Part shown: positions 30,134 to 38,127 of the stretch, piece by piece
Numbering within the stretch: the stretch's first letter is position 1
How the letters are laid out: each line of letters begins with the position of its first letter
Source of the DNA: Candidatus Enterousia sp.
Lineage (GTDB): Bacteria; Pseudomonadota; Alphaproteobacteria; Rs-D84
NCBI GenBank assembly: GCA_045630455.1
Contig: JAZQTD010000039.1
Coordinates: forward strand, 6,498 to 70,497
Length of the DNA: 64,000 nt
Reading direction: 5' to 3'
Translations under genes and position numbers: made by a program
Notes under the pieces: generated by a model
Told to the model about the DNA's origin: nothing
What the model saw: the letters and a program-made list of their open reading frames with translations, nothing else
Database searches by the model: none

Positions 30134-30664
30134 TTAAAAACGTGTATCTATTAATGAAAATTTATCTATCTGGGCGGTGGGGCTGGTGGTGCTGTCGATA
30201 AATTTAGCAGATTGTAATTCTGATTCATATAATGCTGTCAGCATTCTGAATACAGTCTGGTCGCCAGATAATGGTATACAAAATTCCATTGCTAACTTGG
30301 TCGCCACCAGTGACACAAAATAACTGGGGTATTTATCAACGTCAATACGGACACACGCAGTTATTGTTATCTTGTCAAATGGTGCAATAATTTTATTTCC
30401 GACAATGTCGCCGTTTGATTTTAATACACGCAAAACATTGTTCGGGATTACAAAGTTCCCGTCTGAATCAGGCACAAGATCTAATTGACGAATTGCGAAA
30501 CACCACGGATGCGATGCAATCAGCGCATCTGTTATTGGATCAAACAGTGTTCGTGCCAACTGGGCTGCGGCGGCATCATCACTGAGTGATTGAATTGGTG
30601 CTTCGCCCAGTTTCAATAACGCCATTGAACATAAGTCTATTTTTGTAAGCATATTTGCCCCCAT
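30134..30664 (-). CDS. tail tubular protein A (adaptor), T7 gp11-like
   Basis: IDLCSMALLKLGEAPIQSLSDDAAAAQLARTLF...HPWCFA aligns with T7 gp11 [31 protein letters not shown]...RGWTFN. 176 aa. Confidence 0.75.
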   Translation of the reverse strand: MGANMLTKIDLCSMALLKLGEAPIQSLSDDAAAAQLARTLFDPITDALIASHPWCFAIRQLDLVPDSDGNFVIPNNVLRVLKSNGDIVGNKIIAPFDKITITACVRIDVDKYPSYFVSLVATKLAMEFCIPLSGDQTVFRMLTALYESELQSAKFIDSTTSPTAQIDKFSLIDTRF

Positions 30665-30720
30665 TAAATTCGATAAAAATTATCGGTGACGCAAATATGC
30701 GCCACCGTTTTATAAAGCCC

Positions 30721-30954
30721 CTAGGCCAATGCACCAGTTGTGACATTGCTGGCGGTGATGTTAATCTTTTTGATTGTTGTGTTATCAGATGCGTTGATAA
30801 TTACAACGTCACCAATATTCATCAATGTCTTAACATCGTTAAAGTATCCAGTTGCAGAAATAGTCGCAACTGTTTCAGAACTGGATGCATAGTGCCACAA
30901 TGTGAACCCGTTTGCATACGCAATAACCGACAGATTTTTATTTTGAAATGCCAT
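30721..30954 (-). CDS. hypothetical small phage-cluster protein
   Basis: 77-aa ORF between the capsid and adaptor genes. No family recognised. Confidence 0.4.
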   Translation of the reverse strand: MAFQNKNLSVIAYANGFTLWHYASSSETVATISATGYFNDVKTLMNIGDVVIINASDNTTIKKINITASNVTTGALA

Positions 30955-30998
30955 AAGATTTATCCTTTGGTTAAAAAAATTATTTGAACACGTGATAT

Positions 30999-31826
30999 TT
31001 AAGCAGCCTTGGCATCACTGCATTTAACGCGAACAATACCATCGTTGTCGATTAAGACTGCACCTTGGGACATACTGTTGCTGATAAAGTGCGCTGCGCG
31101 TTCACCGTGCCAAGAAATATCTGTTTTGACTTCCTGGCCACAGGCGTGCCCAATGCTGGATGCGTGATAGATAAAGCAGTCGCGATTAGATTCACTAAAT
31201 GGCAAACCGTTATGCAATACCCACGTGATACCCAACCATTTTTTTGCTTCGAAACCGTTTAACAATGGTGTCGCATCGCCAACATAGTCTGCAGATACAA
31301 ATTCATCCATTGCCAACAGTTCGTTCCACTGGTGTACGCCAATCACAGCAAAACGACGACCATCATCTGGAACATCGTTTGTATTCAGAACTTCGACCGC
31401 AGATAAAATCAAATCTTTGGTTAAACCGGTCGTATAATCACCAACAGACAATGTTGATGCATTCATTGCATCGATAATTAATTCGTCTGTTTTGCGACCC
31501 AATGCGTATGCACCCGCAGATGCAACAACACGGCGTTCATCAATATTGACTTTTAATTCATCCAATGCATCAACCCAGTCACCTGCATAATAATCCATCA
31601 ACAAGCATTCCACAGGTTCGTGATTCAAATTCATCACTGGTACAATACCGTGACGTGATTTTGTGCTGGCAGTGCCACGACCAACTTTTTGGAATGTCGT
31701 AGATGCACCAACAACCCCAGATTTACTGCGAACAGTTGAACGCAGTTTTGTACCCATCTGTTGATAGGCTAAATGAACATCGGCTTCGAATTGTTTTACG
31801 AAAACCTGATCAATTGAAATGGACAT
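30999..31826 (-). CDS. major capsid protein, T7 gp10-like
   Basis: Start MSISIDQ with RBS AAGGAAAAA. VFVKQFEADVHLAYQQ...VRSKSG...FQKVGRG...DELKVNIDERRVVASAGAYALGRKTDELI parallels T7 gp10 LFLKVFGGEVLTAF...VRSISSGKSAQFPVLGRT...YDVRSEYTSQLGESLAMAADGAVL. Confidence 0.85.
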   Translation of the reverse strand: MSISIDQVFVKQFEADVHLAYQQMGTKLRSTVRSKSGVVGASTTFQKVGRGTASTKSRHGIVPVMNLNHEPVECLLMDYYAGDWVDALDELKVNIDERRVVASAGAYALGRKTDELIIDAMNASTLSVGDYTTGLTKDLILSAVEVLNTNDVPDDGRRFAVIGVHQWNELLAMDEFVSADYVGDATPLLNGFEAKKWLGITWVLHNGLPFSESNRDCFIYHASSIGHACGQEVKTDISWHGERAAHFISNSMSQGAVLIDNDGIVRVKCSDAKAA

Positions 31827-31948
31827 ATTTTTTTCCTTTGTTTGGTTAAATAAAAAAAGCGCAACGCGCGACAAATTTTGTAAAACGGTTATGCAAAATG
31901 CGCCGTGATTACAAAATGAATGCGGGGTCTGGGGGACTTGTCCGCAAT

Positions 31949-32020
31949 AAAAAATTCAGTCAGACTGATTAGTCATCTGACTGAAATTTTCAAAATAAAA
32001 ACCCGAACAAACGTTCGGGT
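31949..32020 (-). terminator. two tandem rho-independent terminators downstream of the AKP-rich gene
   Basis: On the minus strand: ACCCGAACgtttGTTCGGGTttttatttt (32020-31991), then TCAGTCAGAtgactaatcagTCTGACTGAatttttt (31984-31949). Confidence 0.6.
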
Positions 32021-32042
32021 AAATTAATAATACGAATTTATA

Positions 32043-32495
32043 TTATTTCTTTTTTGCGCATTTTTTTGCACATGCTTTTTTTGCAACTGGTTTTGCAGCT
32101 ACTTTTTTAACAGCTACTTTTTTTGCAGGTGCTTTTTTAGCAACTGGCTTTTTAACCGCTACTTTTTTTGCAACTGGTTTTTTTGCAGCTGGTTTCGCAG
32201 CAACTTTTTTTGCAGGTGCTTTTTTTGCAACTGGTTTTTTAACTGCTACTTTTTTAGCAACTGGTTTTGCAGCTGGTTTTGCAGCTACTTTTTTTGCAGG
32301 TGCTTTTTTTGCAACTGGTTTTTTAACTGCTACTTTTTTAGCAACTGGTTTTGCAGCTGGTTTAGCAGCTGGTTTAGCAGCTACTTTTTTTGCAGGTGCT
32401 TTTTTTGCAGCAGGCTTTTTAGCCGCTACTTTTTTAGCAACTGGTTTTGCAGCTGGTTTCGCAGCTACTTTCTTTTTGAACAGGCGGAATACCAT
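32043..32495 (-). CDS. Ala/Lys/Pro-rich histone H1-like basic repeat protein
   Basis: 150 aa made almost entirely of [28 protein letters not shown]-type units. RBS GAAGGAGAG. It has its own downstream terminators. Confidence 0.7.
   Translation of the reverse strand: MVFRLFKKKVAAKPAAKPVAKKVAAKKPAAKKAPAKKVAAKPAAKPAAKPVAKKVAVKKPVAKKAPAKKVAAKPAAKPVAKKVAVKKPVAKKAPAKKVAAKPAAKKPVAKKVAVKKPVAKKAPAKKVAVKKVAAKPVAKKACAKKCAKKK
32060..32470. repeat. imperfect in-frame tandem repeat, ~84-nt (28-codon) unit, ~4.5 copies
   Basis: Visible periodicity of ...tttttttgcaggtgctttttttgcaactggttttttaactgctacttttttagcaactggttttgcagctgg.... Boundaries are approximate. Confidence 0.8.
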
Positions 32496-32604
32496 TTTTC
32501 TCTCCTTCTCTTCTATTTTTTAGATAGAACAAAATTCGTTTTGTTCTTACTTGTTATTTTATCTGAATATCAAAAAATAGTAAAGAAGAAAGTGACATTT
32601 TTTC

Positions 32605-33261
32605 TTATGAATATAATTTTTTAAATCCATTTTCTATTTTGCGAATGTATTCTGTATCGCCATCACGCCAATATTTTGGATCACGCATCATACGACGCAA
32701 ATCTGAATCAGTTAAATTTTTTATTTCATTTTTATCTGTTTCAACGGTTGGTTCCATCGATTGCATCATTCGATATACGCCTTGGATTCCTTGGGGTGTA
32801 GAGCATAATTCATCAAACGCCTCGGCGGGTAAATATTTAGTTCCGAACGCTTCGATTGCACGCAATGCATCGTTCATTTTTTCTGTGCCACCAAAAAAGT
32901 TTTTTAATTCACCGATTGCATTTTTTTCATTTTGTGTTTCATATAATTCACTTATCACAGGTGCTAAAAATTCATTCGCGATTGCATAAATTTTTTCAAC
33001 TTGGTTTGTTGTTAATCCAATTTCATGAAATTTATTTTTTATATTTTCATCATCAAATAATTCATTTGTTGGATATTGATCAGCCGATTCGGGCACACCA
33101 ATTGCACGATTTAATCGCGTGCGCACATTTTCGTCACTGTCACTTGTTGGCACAGTTATCATTGTTCCAATCTTTCTTTCCAGTTCCGAATAAGATTTCA
33201 TCAATGCATCTGTATTCAATGTGCCGTCCGCGTTTAAAAATTTTTCTGGAACTTTATCCAT
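32605..33261 (-). CDS. capsid assembly scaffolding protein, T7 gp9-like
   Basis: The N-terminus PEKFLNADGTLNTDALMKSYSELERKIG is typical of podophage scaffolds. The C-terminus LRRMMRDPKYWRDGDTEYIRKIENGF aligns with T7 gp9 MIKAMSDPRYRTDANYRRQVEQKV. Confidence 0.75.
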   Translation of the reverse strand: MDKVPEKFLNADGTLNTDALMKSYSELERKIGTMITVPTSDSDENVRTRLNRAIGVPESADQYPTNELFDDENIKNKFHEIGLTTNQVEKIYAIANEFLAPVISELYETQNEKNAIGELKNFFGGTEKMNDALRAIEAFGTKYLPAEAFDELCSTPQGIQGVYRMMQSMEPTVETDKNEIKNLTDSDLRRMMRDPKYWRDGDTEYIRKIENGFKKLYS

Positions 33262-33262
33262 T

Positions 33263-33463
33263 TTATTTATCCTTTGGTTCGTTTGATTTTCTTAGAAAGT
33301 AAATTCCACCAAGTGTAAAAATACTTTGCAATGTTATAAAAATATCTGTGTCACCGACCAGATATGCTGTGATAGCAGATATAATACCAACACCTGATAT
33401 AATGTATGTTCGATACCCAGACAGAAACCCACCTTTGACAAACTTGTTCATTGTTATTTCCAC
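33263..33463 (-). CDS. putative holin (two-TM small protein)
   Basis: 66 aa with two hydrophobic helices and a charged C-terminus (RKSNEPKDK). It directly follows the lysin gene. Confidence 0.45.
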   Translation of the reverse strand: MEITMNKFVKGGFLSGYRTYIISGVGIISAITAYLVGDTDIFITLQSIFTLGGIYFLRKSNEPKDK

Positions 33464-33892
33464 CTACAAATAAAATAATAATTCATCAACATCTAAAATA
33501 TAGCCACGTGCACGTGCCCAATCTGGTAAAACACTGGCGCGATGAAAATTGGTTGCGCCACGACACATATCCGGCAAACTACCCATCAGCATCCGCCCCG
33601 CAACACGCAGGCACATTTGAAAACCACGACTGGTCGGGGGGACTGATAACATATCGTGACGCGCCGATGTTTCGCGTAAAGATTCAAACATATCGGTATC
33701 CGATATTATTTGTGCGACATTTTTACCGGTGGCACGTGATGCATTATCAATCATGGATACCAGTGCCTCGACCGCGGATAGTGAAGATGCAGATGTTTCT
33801 GCATAAACAACACGCGCAATTTGATATGATAACTTTCTGGACGCGTCTGGATTTTTTATCAGTCGTAAATTCATTTCTGAAAATCCCCCCAT
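33464..33892 (-). CDS. SleB/Hydrolase_2-type cell-wall hydrolase (endolysin-like)
   Basis: IARVVYAETSASS...AVEALVSMIDNA and the C-terminal ATNFHR...LPDWA match the cell-wall hydrolase SleB family pattern. The start may be Met7 at 33874. Confidence 0.7.
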   Translation of the reverse strand: MGGFSEMNLRLIKNPDASRKLSYQIARVVYAETSASSLSAVEALVSMIDNASRATGKNVAQIISDTDMFESLRETSARHDMLSVPPTSRGFQMCLRVAGRMLMGSLPDMCRGATNFHRASVLPDWARARGYILDVDELLFYL

Positions 33893-34062
33893 TGTATTTT
33901 ATGACAAATAAAAAACCGCACAAAAATGTGCGGCTTAAAAAATAGACAAAAAAAATCCCCAACCGATGTTGTGGATATAATCTCTGTCTTTGATATATTG
34001 TATGGTATCACATTTTCAGATAAAAGTCAAGAACTTTTTTTCAAACCCGCGAAAAACCGCCA

Positions 34063-34749
34063 TTACAGCATTGTAATCTCGTCACCATAGACCAGCAAAT
34101 ACCGCGTATCACGGCGCAATATTAACGCACCGTTTTCATTGATTCCGATTAGTTCAGCGGGTGTGCCTTGGTATAATACATCTTTGTTCAAATGCTCAAC
34201 CAACTGCATCCAGCGGGTACGTACAGCCGAGAAATCTGTTCTGCGCCATTTATCCAGATTGCGCATCACCCCCCCCAACAATTCCGTCGCAGACATCCCA
34301 GAAATATAATTATCAAGTTTAGTTGTTTTATATTCGCGCACCGTCGGATTCGTCTTGATGTTTATGCCAATACCAACAATGACATAGGGACCTGCATATT
34401 CTATTAATATTCCACTGACTTTTTTGCCATCAATTAAAATATCGTTTGGCCATTTAATTGTCGGCTCTATTCCATAAGAAATCAGAGTTTCTGCAACCGC
34501 AACCGCAACCGTATACGCCAAGCGACCATCACGTACATCACAATCATAAATAAAACTGACATATAAGTTACCGTGGTGTGAAACCCATTTACGACGATGA
34601 CGACCGCGTCCCGCACTTTGCGCCAGTGCAACAATCGCCACGCGATTTGCCCCACGCCCCGCCGCAATCAATTCGTGTGCAGCATCTTGGGTACTGGGGA
34701 TTTTATCAAAAGAATAAACCTTATATCCGGCCAAGTTTATATACCCCAT
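34063..34749 (-). CDS. birA: biotin--[acetyl-CoA-carboxylase] ligase (no N-terminal HTH)
   Basis: GRGRHRRKW motif, KWPNDI, and 228 aa. Confidence 0.9.
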   Translation of the reverse strand: MGYINLAGYKVYSFDKIPSTQDAAHELIAAGRGANRVAIVALAQSAGRGRHRRKWVSHHGNLYVSFIYDCDVRDGRLAYTVAVAVAETLISYGIEPTIKWPNDILIDGKKVSGILIEYAGPYVIVGIGINIKTNPTVREYKTTKLDNYISGMSATELLGGVMRNLDKWRRTDFSAVRTRWMQLVEHLNKDVLYQGTPAELIGINENGALILRRDTRYLLVYGDEITML

Positions 34750-35140
34750 TGCTGTTTAAAATAAATTCACGACCAAATTTTCGACGCAATTGATAAATAG
34801 CGGTATCAACCGTATGTGTTGATGTATCCGCAGCATAACCCAGTGCGCTTTTCAGTTCCAGCGCGTTCATACCACCACTTTTATAAAGAGCCACCACAAC
34901 CTTGCCCTGAATATACGGCAACGATACAGGTTCGCCAAAAAATTCAGTCAAGATTCGAGAGTTATCACACGCGGCCAACAAAGTTGCTTTTAAATCAATC
35001 GGCGATATCGGTGTACAGATATCAATTTCATCAAGATTTAAATCTGTAAGACTGGGGGCGTCCAGAACCGTTGCGTTCAAATCAGCCAGGATTTGACGCC
35101 AAATATTGTCAGATGTAAAAACACGCACCCCTGTTAACAT
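34721..35140 (-). CDS. OmpR/PhoB-type winged-helix protein without canonical receiver domain
   Basis: C-terminus ...ALELKSALGYAADTSTHTVDTAIYQLRRKFGREFILNSNGVYKLG fits the Trans_reg_C pattern (..sr.vDvhI..LRkK......I.t....GY.l). Start set at the internal Met. Confidence 0.4.
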   Translation of the reverse strand: MLTGVRVFTSDNIWRQILADLNATVLDAPSLTDLNLDEIDICTPISPIDLKATLLAACDNSRILTEFFGEPVSLPYIQGKVVVALYKSGGMNALELKSALGYAADTSTHTVDTAIYQLRRKFGREFILNSNGVYKLGRI

Positions 35141-35238
35141 ATAACAACAATACCCAAAAGCCGCCCAAATGTCCAATAAAAAACCACGTGCATAACGCGC
35201 GTGGTTTGGGATGTCGAAACCGTGCATAAAAAATGTGC

Positions 35239-35487
35239 TTAGTCGCGTCCAGTGTTCTGGGGCGAATCAATATACTTAGTAAAGTCTTGGATTCGCGCCC
35301 CGGTCGACGACAAAATCTTGGAAATACTGTTTGTCGACGGCCATCTAGGCTGTCCTTCTTTGGACCAACGCTTGCTTTTATTAAAAGTCGTTGGATCCAG
35401 ACCACTGCACTTCGCCAGTCCCGAACAAGACATACCATGTTCGATCGCAAAGCGTTCTATTGCCCGCCATACATCTTCGTGGGTCAT
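35239..35487 (-). CDS. Cro/CI-type HTH protein (HTH domain only)
   Basis: RBS GGAGAGAG. MTHEDVWRAIERFAIEHGMSCSGLAKCSGLDPTTFNKSKR....RWPSTNSISKIL resembles the N-terminal HTH of alphaproteobacterial CI/S24-type repressors. No peptidase domain follows. Confidence 0.55.
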   Translation of the reverse strand: MTHEDVWRAIERFAIEHGMSCSGLAKCSGLDPTTFNKSKRWSKEGQPRWPSTNSISKILSSTGARIQDFTKYIDSPQNTGRD

Positions 35488-35670
35488 TTTTCTCTCTCCT
35501 TTCGATTTTTGCCAGAAACCACATAAACGTTCCAGCACACCACGAATTTTATGTCAGGGCACTAATTCATACAACAAGTAGCATTTCCTAGGTTTTTAGG
35601 GATATTTCGGGCCTTTTTTAGGAATTTTTAGAAAAAAATTAAAATACAAAAATTTTTTTTGACAAAACAC

Positions 35671-35699
35671 TTGACAAATCCAAATATCTGTATTATATT
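35671..35699 (+). promoter_or_regulatory. sigma70-like promoter of candidate sRNA
   Basis: TTGACA-17 nt-TATATT, with a second TTGACA 12 nt upstream. Confidence 0.45.
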
Positions 35700-35705
35700 T
35701 CGATT

Positions 35706-35898
35706 CGTCAAAGGAAGCAAAGCCGATGACCAGGTGCGAAAGCATCTGTGGGGTCCAGGGATTCAGACTCCCTCCTACATTCTCTCTCCTCTGGACCGTG
35801 GACCCCAGAACATATTTTTAGAATGCCCAATTTCTTTTTCTCCTTTCCTTCCTTTCGGGGCATTCGGAAATACCGCCGGCAACGGCGGTGTTTTTTTT
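35706..35898 (+). ncRNA. candidate ~190-nt sRNA with CU-rich (anti-Shine-Dalgarno-like) loops
   Basis: Bounded by the promoter above and by the terminator ACCGCCGgcaaCGGCGGTgtttttttt (35872-35898). Internal hairpins are GGGGTCC...GGACCCC and GAATGCCC(29-nt loop tttctttttctcctttccttcctttc)GGGCATTC. The family is unknown. Confidence 0.4.
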
Positions 35899-35995
35899 AT
35901 AAACAAAGTACAGATTATAACCAATAAATATATTCGACAGGATTTTTCCGCGATTTGAATATTGAAAAAATCCCCCGCATTTGCGGGGGTGGCGG

Positions 35996-37089
35996 CTAGT
36001 CATTTGTGTAATAACATCTGCTACTGGGATATCGAAAGGAACCTTTGATATTTGTACCCGTATACCCCGATTCCACATAGCAATCTGTTATTGCGGCGGA
36101 TCCTGCATCGCTCGTTGCCTTAGAATCACCTGTCTTCTCGGCACAGGATACACAATCTATTTTTGTTAAATTATTGCCATAACCACCCATAGAGACTGTA
36201 TAATCCCCTATTCCCTTATTGTTGTAATATCCTGGACTGCATCTTAGCTTACCCTTTCCCGAAGTAGTAGAGCACGCCCCAGTAGTACTGCTGCAACATT
36301 TTAGAGCAGACCACTGCGCTTCTGGATTGTTCGTCAGTGTACTATAGTCGTTGTACCCCGAACACCCACCGTCGTAACAGCATTTCCATACAGCGTAATT
36401 CGTTATTGTTATCTCATCACCATATTCCCCATTCCAATCAGTTTTTATTGATGTTGCGCCACATGCAGAACTGCAGTCTTCTAGGCTTTTAGCCATATCT
36501 GAACCACTAACATACTCCCCCCTACGGAGATGTGGTTTTGAAAGCACATAATAACTTTTGTTGCAGAAGATAACCAAGAAGGGGCTGTTATACTGTACAC
36601 CCCGCAGTTGTATTGGTTATATAAATATCTATAACCTTCACTTAAACGTTGGTCTTTTATCAACTGGTTTATTATTGCTTCCCCTTGTTTAGACACACCA
36701 AGAGTATTACAGACAGATGCATATATATCTGTACTACTGTCGCATTCAGTTACAACAATCGCGTAGTCGTGGTCAGGAAGACAATCTGTCATTGTAAAAG
36801 TACACCCGCCCGTATTAATAGTTCTATTAACTGCTGTATACCCATTGTTACAGCTACCACTACCACACGAAGAATAACAAACATTTTGCCCCTTAATATA
36901 GTATGTAGCGGGGGTTCCATTGCAATTGGATGCATAATGAGCTGCACTACTGCATGAGCCCGTACTCGCTGTCTCGCAAGTAGCACCGTACACAAAATTC
37001 GTCGTCATTATCGAAAATATAGACACAAAAAATAAACCGATATTTAGATCCGACATAAACCCAGTTAATTTTTTCCCGATTTTTCGCAT
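35996..37089 (-). pseudogene. Cys-rich secreted protein gene split into two overlapping frames (frameshift)
   Basis: The ORFs 36481..37140 (signal peptide, start MRKIGKK at 37089) and 35996..36577 overlap by 97 nt in different frames. Both halves share the same Cys/Gly/Ser/Thr/Tyr-rich composition. A C6 tract at 36517-36522 lies within the overlap. Confidence 0.55.
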
Positions 37090-37195
37090 GTTACACCCCC
37101 GTTTTCGCGCCGAAAATAAACGTCCCATTGGATTCAGCACAGATTTTCCTTCTCTATGTCAGGTATCATAATGCTTTGCGCGTTTTTAGGCAAGA

Positions 37196-38119
37196 CTATT
37201 TTTCAAATATAGAAAATATTTCCCAATGGGTGCTGCCTACAAACTGGTCAACGGGGATTAATGTCTTTAATTCATAACCACCGCGCGTTAATGTTTCCAT
37301 ATCGCGCCGAAATGTTTGTGGATTACACGATACGTAAATTATGCGCTGAACATTACTTTTAACCAATTCGCGGCATTGGGCGTCTGCGCCGGCGCGTGGC
37401 GGATCCATTACCACACAATCGTACGTGTTCAGCATACCAACCGTTAATGGTTTCTTGAATAAATCGCGCTTAGCGCCTGTGCCAACAACGTCAAAACCGT
37501 CTGCGTTCAATGCAAATGTAAAATTTCCCAGACCACAAAATAAATCAGCCACACGTTTTGCGCCAGACGTTGCGTCCACAACCATATTGCGCAAGGCATC
37601 TGCGCCGGTGACAGTTGGCTGTAAAAACGCATTTGGTGGAAATTCTGTGACGGTGTCGCCAAAACTGACCACTGGTTTTGCTTTTTTAAAAACAGCCTTA
37701 TCATTCCAAGTTATTCGGATAACGGGCAGTTTTTCCGCTGTACGTCTAAATTCGGGGGTCACATATGGAACAGAACTGGTTATATTAACGTCAATCCCGT
37801 TGTCGCACAGTGTTACCAGACACGCACCAGCACCCGCCCACGGCAAGCGCGCTAAATCCGGCAAAATAGAGTTTATTTCTGGAACCAAATTTGGACATTC
37901 AGTTATCGGAACGATATTTTTTGTGCCTGTTTCAAAAAAGCCAAACACGCCACCTGCAAAACAAAAATCAGCCCGTCGGCGCAGCCCACCATCAATCCAA
38001 ATCGGCGCGCCCATCATTGGCAATGCGGGCAAAGCAGCAATCTTTTTGTCGTGATAGTCGGATGCTGCAAAATCAAATTTGCAACCACCACATCGACCAA
38101 AAAAAGGACAGGTTTTCAT
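37196..38119 (-). CDS. RumA/TrmA-family (uracil-5)-RNA methyltransferase, no TRAM domain
   Basis: N-terminal Fe-S Cys cluster CPFFGRCGGCKF, the SAM site FCGLGNF, and the DPPRAG and C-terminal catalytic SCNP motifs. Confidence 0.8.
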   Translation of the reverse strand: MKTCPFFGRCGGCKFDFAASDYHDKKIAALPALPMMGAPIWIDGGLRRRADFCFAGGVFGFFETGTKNIVPITECPNLVPEINSILPDLARLPWAGAGACLVTLCDNGIDVNITSSVPYVTPEFRRTAEKLPVIRITWNDKAVFKKAKPVVSFGDTVTEFPPNAFLQPTVTGADALRNMVVDATSGAKRVADLFCGLGNFTFALNADGFDVVGTGAKRDLFKKPLTVGMLNTYDCVVMDPPRAGADAQCRELVKSNVQRIIYVSCNPQTFRRDMETLTRGGYELKTLIPVDQFVGSTHWEIFSIFEK

Positions 38120-38127
38120 TTATTACC

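Larger units (their letters stand above)
20962..33892 (-). mobile_element. T7-like podovirus-derived morphogenesis/lysis gene cluster (no integrase, replication or transcription genes), interrupted by a 3.3-kb plus-strand cassette
   Basis: Contiguous minus-strand genes recognisably homologous to T7 gp9, gp10, gp11, gp12, gp17 (N-domain), gp19 and gp8, plus a lysin and a holin-like gene. See the individual CDS entries. Confidence 0.8.

Noticed and set aside
32043-32495. Regular ~84-nt periodic repeats that at first glance could be a CRISPR-like or satellite array
   Set aside because: The repeats are contiguous with no unique spacers. They are in frame within a 150-codon ORF that has a strong RBS, and they encode a coherent Ala/Lys/Pro protein. 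This is a coding tandem repeat, not CRISPR.
35706-35898. Possible identification of the candidate sRNA as 4.5S/SRP RNA (GGAAGCA string) or 6S RNA (5'/3' end pairing)
   Set aside because: The conserved SRP domain-IV context (GNAR tetraloop closed by the symmetric and asymmetric loops) is not present around GGAAGCA. I could not fold a 6S-type central bubble convincingly. The family is left unassigned.
35659-35958. 99-aa plus-strand ORF from the ORF track
   Set aside because: It runs through a consensus promoter, several stable hairpins and a strong terminator. It has no RBS at its start and a low-complexity product. The region is better explained as an sRNA locus.
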